Positions 1-11,241 of a stretch of DNA of 64,000 nt are shown here, piece by piece. Source of the stretch: Candidatus Magasanikiibacteriota bacterium. GTDB taxonomy: Bacteria; Patescibacteriota; Patescibacteriia; Magasanikbacterales; GWA2-37-8. The stretch covers positions 7,300 through 71,299 of the forward strand of contig JBAYIZ010000002.1 in assembly GCA_041665405.1 (NCBI GenBank). Reading direction: 5' to 3'. Below the pieces are notes generated by a model. The model searched no databases. It was given only the letters and a program-made list of their open reading frames with translations, and was not told the DNA's origin. The translations under genes and the position numbers were made by a program. The first letter of the stretch is position 1; every line of letters starts with the position of its first letter.

Positions 1-1421
1 AAATTAACCAAATCAGGATTAATATTATACAAAATAGTATATGAACCCCAAGCAATAATCAATCCAACGACAATTTGTCCAATCTTTTTAAAACCATTCA
101 CTCGTTCTTCACCGCCTAGTACAGTTATTTTTATTCCTACTACAATTATCATAACTACTCCGATGATGCTCACTATCACCATCGCCAATTTATAAATTGC
201 TGTCACGTATTCACCTATGTAGGGAAGGTGAAGGTATCCTTCTGAGTCAATATTGTTTTGTACGTCACTGAATTTCAGTTGAGGGATATTGATTTCAAGA
301 ACTGGTTTTTTTATTTGTAAATCAGCAGTAATTCCAGCTAGTTTAGGTAATGAGTTATATTTTTGCATTGATATTTCATCAAACCAACAAAAACCATCTT
401 GGCATATTCCTACGCCACCCAAATTTGCACATTCACTACTATTTTTGCATGATTTATCGGATTTTTTGCATATCTTTCCCTCACATGGAATAGTTGGAAC
501 GCCTTGTGATGCCAACCATGTATCTTGAGTGTATTGGCATGATTTTATAGTATTTGATCCACCACCCATTGGGCCTAAGTTAATTGTCGTAGAAATACAC
601 AAACCTGGTTTTCCATTGAGTATACAATCACTATCCGCGACGCATGTCTTATTGCTATCATAAAGATTGTCTTGGCATTTGTTTTCTAAACATTTTTGAC
701 CAGTTTTACATTGAGTATTGTTAGTGCAAGGTAAATTTTTAAATGATGCCAAGCATTCATTGAAACTGCTAAAAAGTTTATCAGTAGGGCTACATGTAGT
801 TCCTAGTGAGTTAGATAAACAAGTCGTTCCACTTTTGGCAACACAAAATTTTCCGGCCATGACCGTTTGTTTTTCCTGAGTACACAAATTAAAATTATCT
901 GGTTTGGTGTATTCTTTTATGGTATAAAATTGTTTTGGTATGTAATTTGAATTTAAAAATGCACTACACCCATTATTGGTTGGAACTGGAGCACATTCAA
1001 TTTGATTGGTGTTGGGATTAAAACCGAGACAAAAATATGGAATTTGTCCCACAGGAACAGGAAATTCTATGTCTTCTCCATTTGTACTTTGACAATAACT
1101 CAAATTATATGACAAGGCATTTCCACTAGAGCATTTCCAGTTACCACCATCTTTAGGAGGATTATATTGTTCATTACATGAATTTTTTCCTATCAGTGGG
1201 TTGTAGCACGTACAAAAATATTGGGGTTCATTATTTTGTTTTGGCAAAGTACTTTCCTGGCAGTCATGATTAGCACCAACCTCACATTCATCATTTGATG
1301 CCCACTCTGTGCAAGTGTCTCCGATTTCGCTTTTACTATAAGCTAAAGAGATGTTTAAATTAAAACCAAAAATAATAAAAAGTATAAAAAATATTTTAAT
1401 TATATTTTTTTTAAAAATCAT
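1..1421 (-). CDS. Cys-rich secreted/membrane protein with C-terminal CPR pilin-like membrane region (runs off left edge)
   Basis: Not in the ORF track. Read by hand: ATG at 1421 gives MIFKKNIIKIFFILFIIFGFNLNISLA (signal-like), then many Cys, and the same frame near position 1-230 gives PYIGEYVTAIYK...YTILYNINPDLVN. The middle was not checked codon by codon for stops. Confidence 0.7.
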   Translation of the reverse strand, partial: MIFKKNIIKIFFILFIIFGFNLNISLAYSKSEIGDTCTEWASNDECEVGANHDCQESTLPKQNNEPQYFCTCYNPLIGKNSCNEQYNPPKDGGNWKCSSGNALSYNLSYCQSTNGEDIEFPVPVGQIPYFCLGFNPNTNQIECAPVPTNNGCSAFLNSNYIPKQFYTIKEYTKPDNFNLCTQEKQTVMAGKFCVAKSGTTCLSNSLGTTCSPTDKLFSSFNECLASFKNLPCTNNTQCKTGQKCLENKCQDNLYDSNKTCVADSDCILNGKPGLCISTTINLGPMGGGSNTIKSCQYTQDTWLASQGVPTIPCEGKICKKSDKSCKNSSECANLGGVGICQDGFCWFDEISMQKYNSLPKLAGITADLQIKKPVLEINIPQLKFSDVQNNIDSEGYLHLPYIGEYVTAIYKLAMVIVSIIGVVMIIVVGIKITVLGGEERVNGFKKIGQIVVGLIIAWGSYTILYNINPDLVN

Positions 1422-1422
1422 A

Positions 1423-2079
1423 TTATTTTGTAATAAGTTTTGTCAGCATTTCAGTAATACTGACGTCATTGTCTAAATTTATTCTTTTATTATTTGCATA
1501 AATTGTTGGCACTTTATCGATTCCAAGGGTATTGGCTGTAGCGAGAGTGTGAGCAATTTTTTGTTTGGCATCTTCGGAATTTACACATTGCCACCAGCTA
1601 GCAGTATCCAATTTCAAATCATTGGCCACTTTCGTAAGACCTGACTCGTTGGAAACATTTTTTTGAGTATATAAAATATCTACATATTGCCAATATTTAT
1701 CTTGTTTACCTGCACAAAAGGCACTACGATGAGCGAGATCGTTGGTTTTAAAAATTAAACTTTGACGAGGTAAATCTTTTAGAAACAATCGTACATCCAA
1801 CGGATGTTCTCTAACAAATTTATTAATCTCAAAATATTTAAGTCTACACGCAGAACAAGAAAAATCACTAAATAATACTAGAGTGAGTGGGGCGCCAGGA
1901 TTTCCTAATATTTGATCATCATTTTCGGTCAAGTTTTCATAGTACCCTTCACTAAAAAGTGGGGTGACGGACGGTTTAACGGTAATTTTTCTAGTTTTTA
2001 TCAATTGCACTGTGAAAATTGACCCAGCGGTGATTACCGCTAACAGCAATAGTAGATAAAATTTATTAGTTGGATGCAT
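1423..2079 (-). CDS. DsbA-like thioredoxin-fold oxidoreductase, membrane anchored
   Basis: N-terminal TM helix, G.P.AP.T...FSDFSCSAC (CxxC), cis-Pro loop VPT. Confidence 0.85.
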   Translation of the reverse strand: MHPTNKFYLLLLLAVITAGSIFTVQLIKTRKITVKPSVTPLFSEGYYENLTENDDQILGNPGAPLTLVLFSDFSCSACRLKYFEINKFVREHPLDVRLFLKDLPRQSLIFKTNDLAHRSAFCAGKQDKYWQYVDILYTQKNVSNESGLTKVANDLKLDTASWWQCVNSEDAKQKIAHTLATANTLGIDKVPTIYANNKRINLDNDVSITEMLTKLITK

Positions 2080-2096
2080 ATTAGCGATAAATTAAA

Positions 2097-3332
2097 TTAT
2101 AATTTAATTTCAAAGACACCACTTTGGATTGTGTCTGTGAAGAAAACTTTATTTTTTGCTTGATCGTAGTTTATGCTTTTGATGACGTAATCACCGCCCA
2201 AAGAAATATTACTTTTCAAACCAGTTTTCAAATCAATTTTGTACATGTCGTCATTATTGTAAGCCGCAATTTCCGGCATTATACCAGCGCCCTGTTGGAG
2301 CTCACGTGGCACTGCGCAATAGAGTATATTATCACCAGCGAAAGTGCATTTGTCTGCCCAGGTGTTTAATTTGAGCATTTGACGATTACTTCCGATGTTG
2401 TCGCCGTAGGAATCTACCACCCAAAGTTCTGGTTTGAAGTCACTGCGAGTGCTATACACACTGTATAAAAGTTTTTGTCCAGTAGGTGACCATTGTGGTT
2501 GGAAACCAAGGCCTTCGACAACAGTGGACTTAAAATTTTCTCCGTTCAATCCAACAAATAAAACTTCACGTCTTTCTCCACCAAGCGGTTCGCCAGTTTG
2601 AGAAAAGGCAACAGTCTGACGACTGGGGGACCAATCTACTTGCACTTTGCTTGCATTATTTCCCATCGGTTCTACCAAAGTGGTACCACTGCCATCATCA
2701 TTGATGGTGACCAGCCAGCGATTTTCTGGTGATAGCCCAATACTTTTGGCGGCAATTTGATTACTATCTGGTGAAAAAGAAAATTCTGACCAATGTTTTG
2801 GCAAGGTTACTTGTTTTTGTTTTTCAAAGTTATAAATAGTTTTTGATCCGTCGGGATATTCCAATACAGCTTTGTCATTGTTGTTCGCCCAAGTGACGTT
2901 GCTGACATTGTAAAATGTTTGATCGGAAAGAGAGACAATTTTTCCATCACTAGTGAGGCGATAAAATTTGCCGTCGGTAGCATTGTAATATCGCATGTTG
3001 CCAGTTTGATTAAAACCTGGATAACTGACAAATTCTGAAGTCAATTTGACTACCGGTTCTGGTTTTACATATCCGCCCTGAGTGGTTTGAGGAATTGATG
3101 GTGGAGTAGTTTCGATACCGCGGCCGAGTTGTCCACCTGCTGGGATTTCTGTTGAGGGTGTGACAATTCTTTCTCCAGCTCCAGGTAGTTGCCCGGGTGT
3201 CTGGGTAACTACAGTAGTGGTGGTTGGTGCTGTTGTCGTTTTTTTGAAAAGGAAATATAGACCAAAACCAATCATAGCGGCGGTGACCAACAGCGCGATA
3301 ATTAGGAGGATGCGTTTGAGAGCTGGGTTCAT
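2097..3332 (-). CDS. Membrane-anchored TolB-like beta-propeller protein
   Basis: N-terminal TM, Thr/Pro linker, repeated WSP/FSP motifs. Confidence 0.6.
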   Translation of the reverse strand: MNPALKRILLIIALLVTAAMIGFGLYFLFKKTTTAPTTTTVVTQTPGQLPGAGERIVTPSTEIPAGGQLGRGIETTPPSIPQTTQGGYVKPEPVVKLTSEFVSYPGFNQTGNMRYYNATDGKFYRLTSDGKIVSLSDQTFYNVSNVTWANNNDKAVLEYPDGSKTIYNFEKQKQVTLPKHWSEFSFSPDSNQIAAKSIGLSPENRWLVTINDDGSGTTLVEPMGNNASKVQVDWSPSRQTVAFSQTGEPLGGERREVLFVGLNGENFKSTVVEGLGFQPQWSPTGQKLLYSVYSTRSDFKPELWVVDSYGDNIGSNRQMLKLNTWADKCTFAGDNILYCAVPRELQQGAGIMPEIAAYNNDDMYKIDLKTGLKSNISLGGDYVIKSINYDQAKNKVFFTDTIQSGVFEIKL

Positions 3333-3341
3333 ATGTTTAAT

Positions 3342-4967
3342 TTATTTAAGATTTTTATCTTTTATTTCTTTTATAGGTGGTTTTCCCTTCGTTGGATCGT
3401 TTACTTGAATTTTTTTCCAACTATCTGCATCTTCTTTTCTTTCTTGTTTAGTGGCCGAAAGAAGTTGATTGATTTGGACTATTCTTTTTCTCAGTTTAAT
3501 TTTTTTCTTGAGTGGCTCTATCATCTTTTTTATTTTTTCAATCATTGGGTCTATATTATCTTTGATAATTGAGCGTATGGCTTTACTAATTTTTCCAGTG
3601 CCTGCTCCAAATTTAAAGAAAAAAATCGGTATTGCTATGATTGGTGAAAGAATTATAATTATGATACCTACTATTATTTCAACCAACGCGACGCCAATTT
3701 TTATAGCATGGATCACAGATTCTATATAATCTGCGATGGCTATCAGTGCATAAAGAAGAGTCTTGATAGTACGAAGTGTCAGAAGAGCAGCCTTTAACTT
3801 CGCTATTTTTACCACATCTTTTGCATTCGCCTTACCAAAAGTAAGCGAAGTGAGTTGATTGTAAATGGGGCGAGCAAAGGTCCTTAAAATCAGCATTGCT
3901 GGGTTAGTTTTCATTCCCTCAACTGTATTTTCCAGACCAGCTAATTCAGTTCCCAGTTTCTTTCTTTCTTTCTTTAGTTTCTTTTTTCGACTACGATCAC
4001 TTTCCAAATTACTTTTTATTTTATTCATCATTTTTCCAGGTGTCTCCTTTACGCTCTTGACAGTATTATCTACTTTGTTTTTAATTGTTTCTCCTATTCT
4101 ACCGCCTGTTCCTTTATTGGCCCTATCTGAAGCCATATCAGAAGCTGTTTGAGCCTGATTTTGTGGCGCGATCACACCAGGGGTTGTCGATCCAGTTGGA
4201 TGTGGGCCAGTTTCACTGAGAGCACTTTCTGGAACTTTCGGAGGAGTCGTATCTCTCTGTTCAGAAACACTGGATGTTGGTGTTTGATCTGGAGCGGCTG
4301 TGGGTGGTGTTTGTTCAGGAGCAGGTTGGTTTGTGGTCGGTTCTCCAGGTTTGGGTGTTTTTGGTTCTTCTGTGATAGGAGGTTCTTCTGTCGGTTTTTG
4401 TTCCTCTGTTGGTTGCTCAGGTGGTACTTCAGTCGGTGGTTGTTCTGGAGCAGTTTCAGTTGGAGGTGTCGACGGAGTTTGTTCTGGGGTGGGTTGTTTG
4501 GTGTTTGGTTTTCCAGGTTTAGGTGCTTCTGGTTCTCCCACAGTTGGGGTACCTTCTGTTGGTGGTTGTCCTTCGGTTGATTGTTCAGGAGGTGCTTCAT
4601 TCGGTGTCTGTGTCGGAGAGGATTGATTAACAGGTGCTGACTCAACCGGTTTCTCTTCTTCGTCAGGGGCGTCAGATGGTGTGGAATTTTCCTGATTGTC
4701 GTTGACGGCTGATGGTGAAGAAGGTAGACTCCCGAGCTCGTTTGCTTTTTTTGGGAATGGTATAATTTTAGCGTTACCATTAGCCTCAGTGCTGGTTGTT
4801 TTTTTAGTTGGTATTTCTAGTTTTATTACTTCGCCATTTCCAGCTATCTGTGCGCTTCCACCCTCTACTTCTGTTTTTTCAATTTTAAATTTATCACCAT
4901 TAGTTGAGGGTTTGTCACCACCTGATTTTTCCTCTTCTTCAATAGGTTTTCTGGCAAGATTTGCCAT
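3342..4967 (-). CDS. Hypothetical protein: Pro/Glu/Thr-rich disordered N-half, basic coiled coil, C-terminal TM region
   Basis: 541-aa ORF abutting both neighbours; low-complexity PTEE/PEQ repeats; hydrophobic stretch IIVGIIIIILSPIIAIPIFFF. Confidence 0.7.
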   Translation of the reverse strand: MANLARKPIEEEEKSGGDKPSTNGDKFKIEKTEVEGGSAQIAGNGEVIKLEIPTKKTTSTEANGNAKIIPFPKKANELGSLPSSPSAVNDNQENSTPSDAPDEEEKPVESAPVNQSSPTQTPNEAPPEQSTEGQPPTEGTPTVGEPEAPKPGKPNTKQPTPEQTPSTPPTETAPEQPPTEVPPEQPTEEQKPTEEPPITEEPKTPKPGEPTTNQPAPEQTPPTAAPDQTPTSSVSEQRDTTPPKVPESALSETGPHPTGSTTPGVIAPQNQAQTASDMASDRANKGTGGRIGETIKNKVDNTVKSVKETPGKMMNKIKSNLESDRSRKKKLKKERKKLGTELAGLENTVEGMKTNPAMLILRTFARPIYNQLTSLTFGKANAKDVVKIAKLKAALLTLRTIKTLLYALIAIADYIESVIHAIKIGVALVEIIVGIIIIILSPIIAIPIFFFKFGAGTGKISKAIRSIIKDNIDPMIEKIKKMIEPLKKKIKLRKRIVQINQLLSATKQERKEDADSWKKIQVNDPTKGKPPIKEIKDKNLK

Positions 4968-4972
4968 AAATA

Positions 4973-7489
4973 TTATTTAACAAACAGTTGCTTTTCGTTA
5001 ATATCCAAAGTGTACTGTTTTTTATTTTTCTTTTTCAAAATTTCGGTAGCCATTAATTTTTCTATGGCCGTTCGTAGCTCACGGCGAATAGTGCGGGCAT
5101 TGGCGTTGGTAGTCGGAAGGGAAGCAACATAATCTGAAAGTATTTTTTCCTTGGTAATTACCTTGGTGTGATATTGCGCGAGCTGTTCGTTGAATTTCGC
5201 GATTTCTAGTTCGGCAATTTTGGCTAGATCAATGGCAGTCAAAGTATTGAACAAACAAATTTTATCCAAGCGATTGATAAGCTCAGGAGAAAAATATTCT
5301 TTTAGCTTTTCGGTAATTTTTTTATTATAAACTTCACTCTGAGCACCAGTTCCGCCAAAGCCAAAATCGGCACGTTTGGCGACTTCTGCACCCAACGAAG
5401 TGGTTAGTATTATTATAGCATGTTTTAAAGAAATTTTCTTCCCCGTAGAGTCGGTAATTTCCCCATTTTCCAGAATTTGTAATAATAGCTTGGTGACGTC
5501 TCTGTGTGCCTTGTCTATTTCATCAAAAAGCACTACGCAATGTGGGTTGTTTTTTATCTTGTCGGTAAAATTATTACTCTCTTTATAGCCAATATAACCG
5601 GCGGGAGAACCCAAAAGTTTGGACACGCCAAAACTTTCATTGAATTCGCTCATGTCCAATTTTATTAATGAACCTTTGTTTGGGTATAGAGTTTCAGCGA
5701 TAGTTTTGGCCAGTTCGGTTTTGCCCATACCACTTTGGCCGACAAACATAAAAGAGGCTAGTGGTCTATCTGGGTGGTTGAGCCCGAGTCTAGCGCGATT
5801 AATAATTTCGGCGACTTCATGCGTTACATTGTCTTGTCCGATGACTAGCGATTTTAATTTATCTTCCAAATCTAGTAATTCATTTTTTTCTTCCATGATA
5901 AGTTCACTCGGTTTAGATCCAATAATTTTAGCAATTTGTTCTAATACATCATGGTCGGTAATTTCACCGAGAAATTCAGTCTTTTTTTCTTTAGCAATTT
6001 TATTTTCAATATCTATTTCAAGTTTTAATTTTTCTTCTTGTTTTTTGAATTTTACTGCATCGTCAAATTTATCTGAAAGTGCGGCTGCTTCTTTAGCGGA
6101 AATTATTTTTTCTAATTTTTGTTTGAGACGTTCTATTTTTCCCACCCAAGAAGAATTTTTGGAGTTGATTCTTTTCGCGGCGGCAGTTTCGTCTAATATG
6201 TCGATAGCCTTATCTGGTAAAAATTTATTGGTGATGTATCTCTGTGACAGACGAACCGATGCTTCTACCGCAGATTTAGTAATTTTTATACTGTGAAAAA
6301 TTTCGTAGTTGGTTTTAATTCCTTCAAGAATTTTTACTGAATCTTCGGCCGTTGGCTCTTTGACAAAAATAGGTTGGAAGCGACGTTCTAGTGCCGAATC
6401 ACTTTCAATGTGCTTTTTGAATTCATTTAAAGTGGTAGATCCAATACAGCGAATTTGGCCTCGTGCTAGCGCTGGTTTGAGAATATTGGCGGCATCCATA
6501 GTACCTTGGCCACTGCCCGCTCCGACGATGTTGTGCAATTCATCGATAAATAAAATAATATTTGGATTGGCCGCGACGTCATCAATCACCTGGCGCAGAC
6601 GTCCTTCAAATTCACCGCGATAAATAGTACCAGCAATCAGTAACCCCATATCGAGGGCGTAGACTTTTTTGTTTAACAAAATATCTGGTACTTTATTTTG
6701 TAAAATACGTTTGGCTAGACCTTCGACGATAGCAGTTTTACCAACACCAGGTTCACCCAATAGTACCGGATTATTTTTAGTACGGCGACAAAGAATTTGA
6801 ATCAATCTTTCGATTTCGTTTTCTCGTCCGATGATTGGATCAATATTTTTTTGTAATTCCGGATTGGTAAGATTGGTGGCAAAAAAATCCAGAGCCATTT
6901 CTTTTTTACCAGATCGTTTATTATTTTTTGATGAGATAGGGGACTGATGCACATCACTATGTTCTGATCCCAACAAACTATCTTGGATTCTATCTACCGC
7001 TTCCATTACTTCATTTATTTGGGGGAATTGTGAGGCATTGGTAAGTACAATATTTAGTTGTTTGGAAATATCCGTCAACGAAACTTTATTATCTTTTAAA
7101 ATTAAATTAATTTTAGGATCATTTAGTTCGATTGTTCCTTTCAACAAATGCTCTGTGCCAATATAGTTGTGTAAATGTTCTTGAGCGATAGTCATAGCCT
7201 TTTCCACTGCAAATTTTGCGTCAGCGGACAATGCGGTCATTTCTATTTCTGTTGTGTTAGTTGTCTTTTTGATATTAGCAGTCGGCAGTTCCAAAATTAT
7301 TTTTTCCACGTTTTTTAAATCAATTTTTAGACGGTTTAATATTTCAGCCGCCACAGAGCCTTTTTGGTTTTGTAAAATGAAAAACAGATGAACAGGCTCT
7401 ACCTCTTTATTTTCTAGCTTTGTCGCCAATTGAATGCTTTTGCTCAGTACGTCTTTAAGGTGGGTTGAAAATCTATCTAAAATAGACAT
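4973..7489 (-). CDS. clpC: ATP-dependent Clp protease ATP-binding subunit (ClpC-like)
   Basis: Clp N-domain repeats, Walker A GEPGVGKT and GQSGMGKT, Walker B FIDELH and LFDEIDK, UVR-like middle, FGF loop. Confidence 0.88.
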   Translation of the reverse strand: MSILDRFSTHLKDVLSKSIQLATKLENKEVEPVHLFFILQNQKGSVAAEILNRLKIDLKNVEKIILELPTANIKKTTNTTEIEMTALSADAKFAVEKAMTIAQEHLHNYIGTEHLLKGTIELNDPKINLILKDNKVSLTDISKQLNIVLTNASQFPQINEVMEAVDRIQDSLLGSEHSDVHQSPISSKNNKRSGKKEMALDFFATNLTNPELQKNIDPIIGRENEIERLIQILCRRTKNNPVLLGEPGVGKTAIVEGLAKRILQNKVPDILLNKKVYALDMGLLIAGTIYRGEFEGRLRQVIDDVAANPNIILFIDELHNIVGAGSGQGTMDAANILKPALARGQIRCIGSTTLNEFKKHIESDSALERRFQPIFVKEPTAEDSVKILEGIKTNYEIFHSIKITKSAVEASVRLSQRYITNKFLPDKAIDILDETAAAKRINSKNSSWVGKIERLKQKLEKIISAKEAAALSDKFDDAVKFKKQEEKLKLEIDIENKIAKEKKTEFLGEITDHDVLEQIAKIIGSKPSELIMEEKNELLDLEDKLKSLVIGQDNVTHEVAEIINRARLGLNHPDRPLASFMFVGQSGMGKTELAKTIAETLYPNKGSLIKLDMSEFNESFGVSKLLGSPAGYIGYKESNNFTDKIKNNPHCVVLFDEIDKAHRDVTKLLLQILENGEITDSTGKKISLKHAIIILTTSLGAEVAKRADFGFGGTGAQSEVYNKKITEKLKEYFSPELINRLDKICLFNTLTAIDLAKIAELEIAKFNEQLAQYHTKVITKEKILSDYVASLPTTNANARTIRRELRTAIEKLMATEILKKKNKKQYTLDINEKQLFVK

Positions 7490-7571
7490 AATTATCGGAT
7501 TAAGTTGCTTTAAGAATAAGGATATTATATAATGAAAGAGCCTAATTTACAAGCTAAAAAATGATAAAAAT

Positions 7572-8945
7572 ATGTTTCCAAAACAGGTATTTAAAGCCTA
7601 TGATATCCGCGGTTTGGTAGAGGGAGAACTCAACGATGATATAGCCTATCGGATTGGACGTTCTTACGGTGTATTTTTGCGTGATTTTTATAAAGATTGG
7701 AATGGTAAAAGTGTAGTGGTAGGCAGAGATATGCGCGCCACCAGCCCGCAATTTGCCAAAGAAGTCACTAGGGGGCTCAATGACGAAGGGTTGAATGTTG
7801 TTGACATAGGTTTGGCTAGCACTCCATCGTTTAATTTTGCCTGTACATTTTACCCTGAGCATGTGGCTGGGATAATGGTGACCGCTTCCCATAATCCAGC
7901 CGAATATAATGGTTTCAAAATGACTTTGGGAGATGGAACACCAGTAGGAGGCAAAAATGGTATGGATAAAATACGGGATGTAGCAGAGAAAATGGACAAC
8001 ACTGTCATTCCCGCGAAAGCGGGAATCCAAGCAGGCATCACAAAAAAGGATGTGGTATCGGATTATTTAAACAAAATACTTTCAATTGTAAAAGTTGAGG
8101 GAATAAAACCATTAAAAATAGTGATAGATGCAGGCAACGGTATGGCCGATGTGACTTTCCCTAGTTTATTAAAAAAATTGCCAGTGCAGGTAGAGTATTT
8201 ATTTTTGGAACCAGACGGTACTTTTCCAAACCATGAGGCCAATCCATTAAAAACTGAAACATTAAAAGATTTGCAAAAAAAAGTTTTGGAAACTGGAGCG
8301 GATTTTGGTTTTGCTTTGGATGGTGATGTCGATCGTTTTGGTTTGGTAGATGAAAAAGGGGAGGTGGTAGAGGCGTCTTTTGTCGGAGCATTGTGTGGTG
8401 TGGAAATTTTGAGTGAGCACCCAGGGGCACACATGCTCTATGATTTGCGATCAAGCAAAATTTTGAAAGAAACATGGGAGGCCAATGGTGCCACCACCGA
8501 TATGTGTCCGGTCGGGCATGCCAATATCAAGAGGATGATGAAAGAACAAAAAGCAGAGTTTGCTAGTGAACTATCTCTGCACATGTATTTTCATGAAATG
8601 AGCGATGTAGAAAGTACAGATCTAGCACTATTATATTTCTTACGATTGTTGTCGCGTACTGGCAAAAAGATGAGTGAATTGGTGTTGCCATTTAAAAAAT
8701 ATTTTCATGCTGGAGAAATCAATTTTGAAGTGAAGGATAAAGAAAAGGTCTTGAACAATTTACGTGTTCAATATGGTGATGCTAAAATTATTGAGTTGGA
8801 CGGGTTGTCTTTTGAGTATCCAACCTGGTGGTTTAATGTGAGAGCAAGTAACACGGAACCGGTATTGAGGTTGAATTTGGAGGCAAATACAAAAGAGGAA
8901 ATGGAAGAAAAATTAGCTGAGGTCAGGCAAATAATCGAAGGGTAA
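7572..8945 (+). CDS. Phosphomannomutase/phosphoglucomutase
   Basis: FKAYDIRG, TASHNP phosphoserine loop, DGDVDR metal loop, RASNTEP. Confidence 0.95.
   Translation: MFPKQVFKAYDIRGLVEGELNDDIAYRIGRSYGVFLRDFYKDWNGKSVVVGRDMRATSPQFAKEVTRGLNDEGLNVVDIGLASTPSFNFACTFYPEHVAGIMVTASHNPAEYNGFKMTLGDGTPVGGKNGMDKIRDVAEKMDNTVIPAKAGIQAGITKKDVVSDYLNKILSIVKVEGIKPLKIVIDAGNGMADVTFPSLLKKLPVQVEYLFLEPDGTFPNHEANPLKTETLKDLQKKVLETGADFGFALDGDVDRFGLVDEKGEVVEASFVGALCGVEILSEHPGAHMLYDLRSSKILKETWEANGATTDMCPVGHANIKRMMKEQKAEFASELSLHMYFHEMSDVESTDLALLYFLRLLSRTGKKMSELVLPFKKYFHAGEINFEVKDKEKVLNNLRVQYGDAKIIELDGLSFEYPTWWFNVRASNTEPVLRLNLEANTKEEMEEKLAEVRQIIEG
8004..8029. repeat. REP-like palindrome GTCATTCCC-N8-GGGAATCCA, in frame inside PMM (encodes VIPAKAGIQ)
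   Basis: gtcattcccgcgaaagcgggaatcca; close relatives at 12689, 28815 and 39933. Confidence 0.85.
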
Positions 8946-8960
8946 ATTTGTTAAATAAAC

Positions 8961-9064
8961 AAAATACCGCCAATAGTGACTTTTTAGCTTTCCTCACCCC
9001 GCGAGGGGCTCGGGGATGAACCTCGGTTCATAACCCGCTAAAAAGTAACTATTGGCGGTATTTT
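8961..9064 (-). ncRNA. Structured repeat motif, copy 1 (three-way junction with long closing stem)
   Basis: 28-nt arms 8961-8988 and 9037-9064; minus-strand core GCGGGTTATG...CATCC...TCGC...AAAGC shared with copies at 22243 and 60323. Confidence 0.6.
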
Positions 9065-9076
9065 TTGCTATAAAAC

Positions 9077-11176
9077 TTATTCAATTATAATTCTCGCATC
9101 CAATATTTTGACACCTTGGCCTTTTGGTAATACCAATAATGGATTGATGTCTAGCTCCTTAATATTTGGAAAATCAATTAGCAGTTGAGATAATCGTCCC
9201 AAACAATCAATCAGCGCCTGAGTGTCCATCACAGCTTGTCCGCGTGCACCATCTAAAATCTTTTTAGATTTTAATTTGTTGATCATTTTTTGAGCATCAT
9301 AAGCAGTGAGTGGAGCAAGCCCAAATGTAACATCTTTGAAAATTTCCACATATGTACCACCGAGCCCGACCATGATAGTATTGCCTAATCCTGGATCTTT
9401 TACACTGCCCAAAATCATTTCCACCCCTTTTTCTTTAATCATTTCCATTACCAATATTCCTTCGATTTTCGCCAATGGAAATTGATTTTTTATCTTTTTC
9501 ATCATCTCGGTAAATTTTGTACCGGCATCATTTGGTTCGATGTTGAGCATTACACCACCAGAATCGGTTTTATGTAATATATCTTGAGATATTATTTTTA
9601 ATACGATCGTTTTGCCAATTTTTTGGGCAATTTCTTGGGCGTCTTGTGCGGTTTTGGCGATTTCACTTTGTACTAAAGGAAAACCATAATCGCGTAAAAT
9701 TGGCAGTGCGTCTGCTTCAGGGAAAATAGTTTGTCCGCGAGTTTTGGCTTGCGTAAAATATTTTTCTGCGGCTTTTTTGTTAGTATTTTTGAAATTAAAT
9801 TTTGTTTTGTATTTGTCTTTACGAATATTGGAAAAGTGGGTGAGCGCGTCTAGTGCTTTGGCTGCTTCTTCGGGAAAACTGAAAGTGGAAACACCGCTAG
9901 CGCGTAACGTCTTGATACTTTGTTCAACTAGTTTACCGCCGATAAAACTAGCAATGATTGGTTTTTTACTTTTTTTCTTGGCGCTTATAATGGCTTGGGC
10001 GGTGAGATCAAATTCGGTCATGGATTGTGGTGTCAAAACTACGATTACACTGTCCACATTTTTATCAGCTATCAAAATATCTATGGCCGCTTTGTATCGG
10101 TCGGCTTTGGCATCACCAAGTACATCGATTGGGTTATGAAAATTGGCAAACGCTGGTAAAACTTTTTTTAATTTTTTTTGTGTGGATTCAGAAATTACCG
10201 CCATTTTTAATCCACTCAAAATAACTTGGTCAGTGGTCAAAACTCCAGGGCCACCAGCGTTGGTCACTATAGCCACGCGATCACCTTTGGGTAATTCGTT
10301 GTTGGTAAAGATGTTTAAATATTGAAATAATTCTGAAATCATTTCTACTCGTAGAATTCCAGCTTGTGAAAATAGTCCTTGGTAGGCACTATCATTGCCA
10401 GCCAGCGCGCCAGTATGAGAGGCGCTTGCTGAAGCACCATCACGAGTGCGTCCAGATTTTATGGCAATAATTGGTTTAGGGTTTTTACCATGAGTAAGTT
10501 TTTTGGCGGCGGCGATTAGAGCAGGGGCGTCGGTAAGTTGTTCTACATACATCGCCACTACTTTTGTTTTTTTATCTTTGGCCAAATATTCAAAAAGATC
10601 CGCTTCGGTCATAGTGGTTTTATTCCCCACGCTCACGAATTTAGAAAAACCGATATCTAATTTTTGGGCATAATCCAAAATGGCGGTGCAGAGTGCGCCA
10701 CTTTGAGAAATGAAAGCAATGTTACCCTCAGCCGGCATAATGTTGGCGAACGACGCATTCATTTTATTTTCGGTGTTTATCACGCCCAGACAATTTGGTC
10801 CCACCAAAGTTATATTATTTTTTTGACAAATATTTTTTACCTGATTTTCCAATTCAATATTTTCCACCTCTTTGAATCCGGCAGAAATAATAATCGCGGC
10901 TTTGATTTTTTTCTTGGCCACAGTTTCCAAAACAGCGGGGACGATGGCGCCAGGTACCACGATAATAGCCAGATCAATTTTTTCTGGTATAATCAAAACA
11001 TCTGGATAGCATTTCAATCCATATAGTTCGGTAGTTTTTGGGTTCACTGGGAAAATTCTGCCTTTGTATCCTTGGGTAGTGAGGTTTTTCAAAATATCAT
11101 TGCCAACTTGCCCAACGACAGTAGAGGCGCCGATGACAGCAATAGATTTGGGGTAGAAGATTGAGTTAAGATCCAT
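9077..11176 (-). CDS. Acetate--CoA ligase (ADP-forming), fused alpha/beta
   Basis: CoA-binding PKSIAVIGAS, GPNCLG, SQSGA, phospho-His SHTGALAG, ATP-grasp HKTDSGGV and ELDINPL. Confidence 0.92.
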   Translation of the reverse strand: MDLNSIFYPKSIAVIGASTVVGQVGNDILKNLTTQGYKGRIFPVNPKTTELYGLKCYPDVLIIPEKIDLAIIVVPGAIVPAVLETVAKKKIKAAIIISAGFKEVENIELENQVKNICQKNNITLVGPNCLGVINTENKMNASFANIMPAEGNIAFISQSGALCTAILDYAQKLDIGFSKFVSVGNKTTMTEADLFEYLAKDKKTKVVAMYVEQLTDAPALIAAAKKLTHGKNPKPIIAIKSGRTRDGASASASHTGALAGNDSAYQGLFSQAGILRVEMISELFQYLNIFTNNELPKGDRVAIVTNAGGPGVLTTDQVILSGLKMAVISESTQKKLKKVLPAFANFHNPIDVLGDAKADRYKAAIDILIADKNVDSVIVVLTPQSMTEFDLTAQAIISAKKKSKKPIIASFIGGKLVEQSIKTLRASGVSTFSFPEEAAKALDALTHFSNIRKDKYKTKFNFKNTNKKAAEKYFTQAKTRGQTIFPEADALPILRDYGFPLVQSEIAKTAQDAQEIAQKIGKTIVLKIISQDILHKTDSGGVMLNIEPNDAGTKFTEMMKKIKNQFPLAKIEGILVMEMIKEKGVEMILGSVKDPGLGNTIMVGLGGTYVEIFKDVTFGLAPLTAYDAQKMINKLKSKKILDGARGQAVMDTQALIDCLGRLSQLLIDFPNIKELDINPLLVLPKGQGVKILDARIIIE

Positions 11177-11241
11177 AAAAAAATCCGAGATAATTAATCA
11201 CGGATATATTTTATCATTTTTTTGGGTTTTTGTCATTTGCT

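Noticed and set aside
4149-4780. Several overlapping ORFs on both strands
   Set aside because: By-products of the low-complexity Pro/Thr/Glu coding region of 3342-4967.
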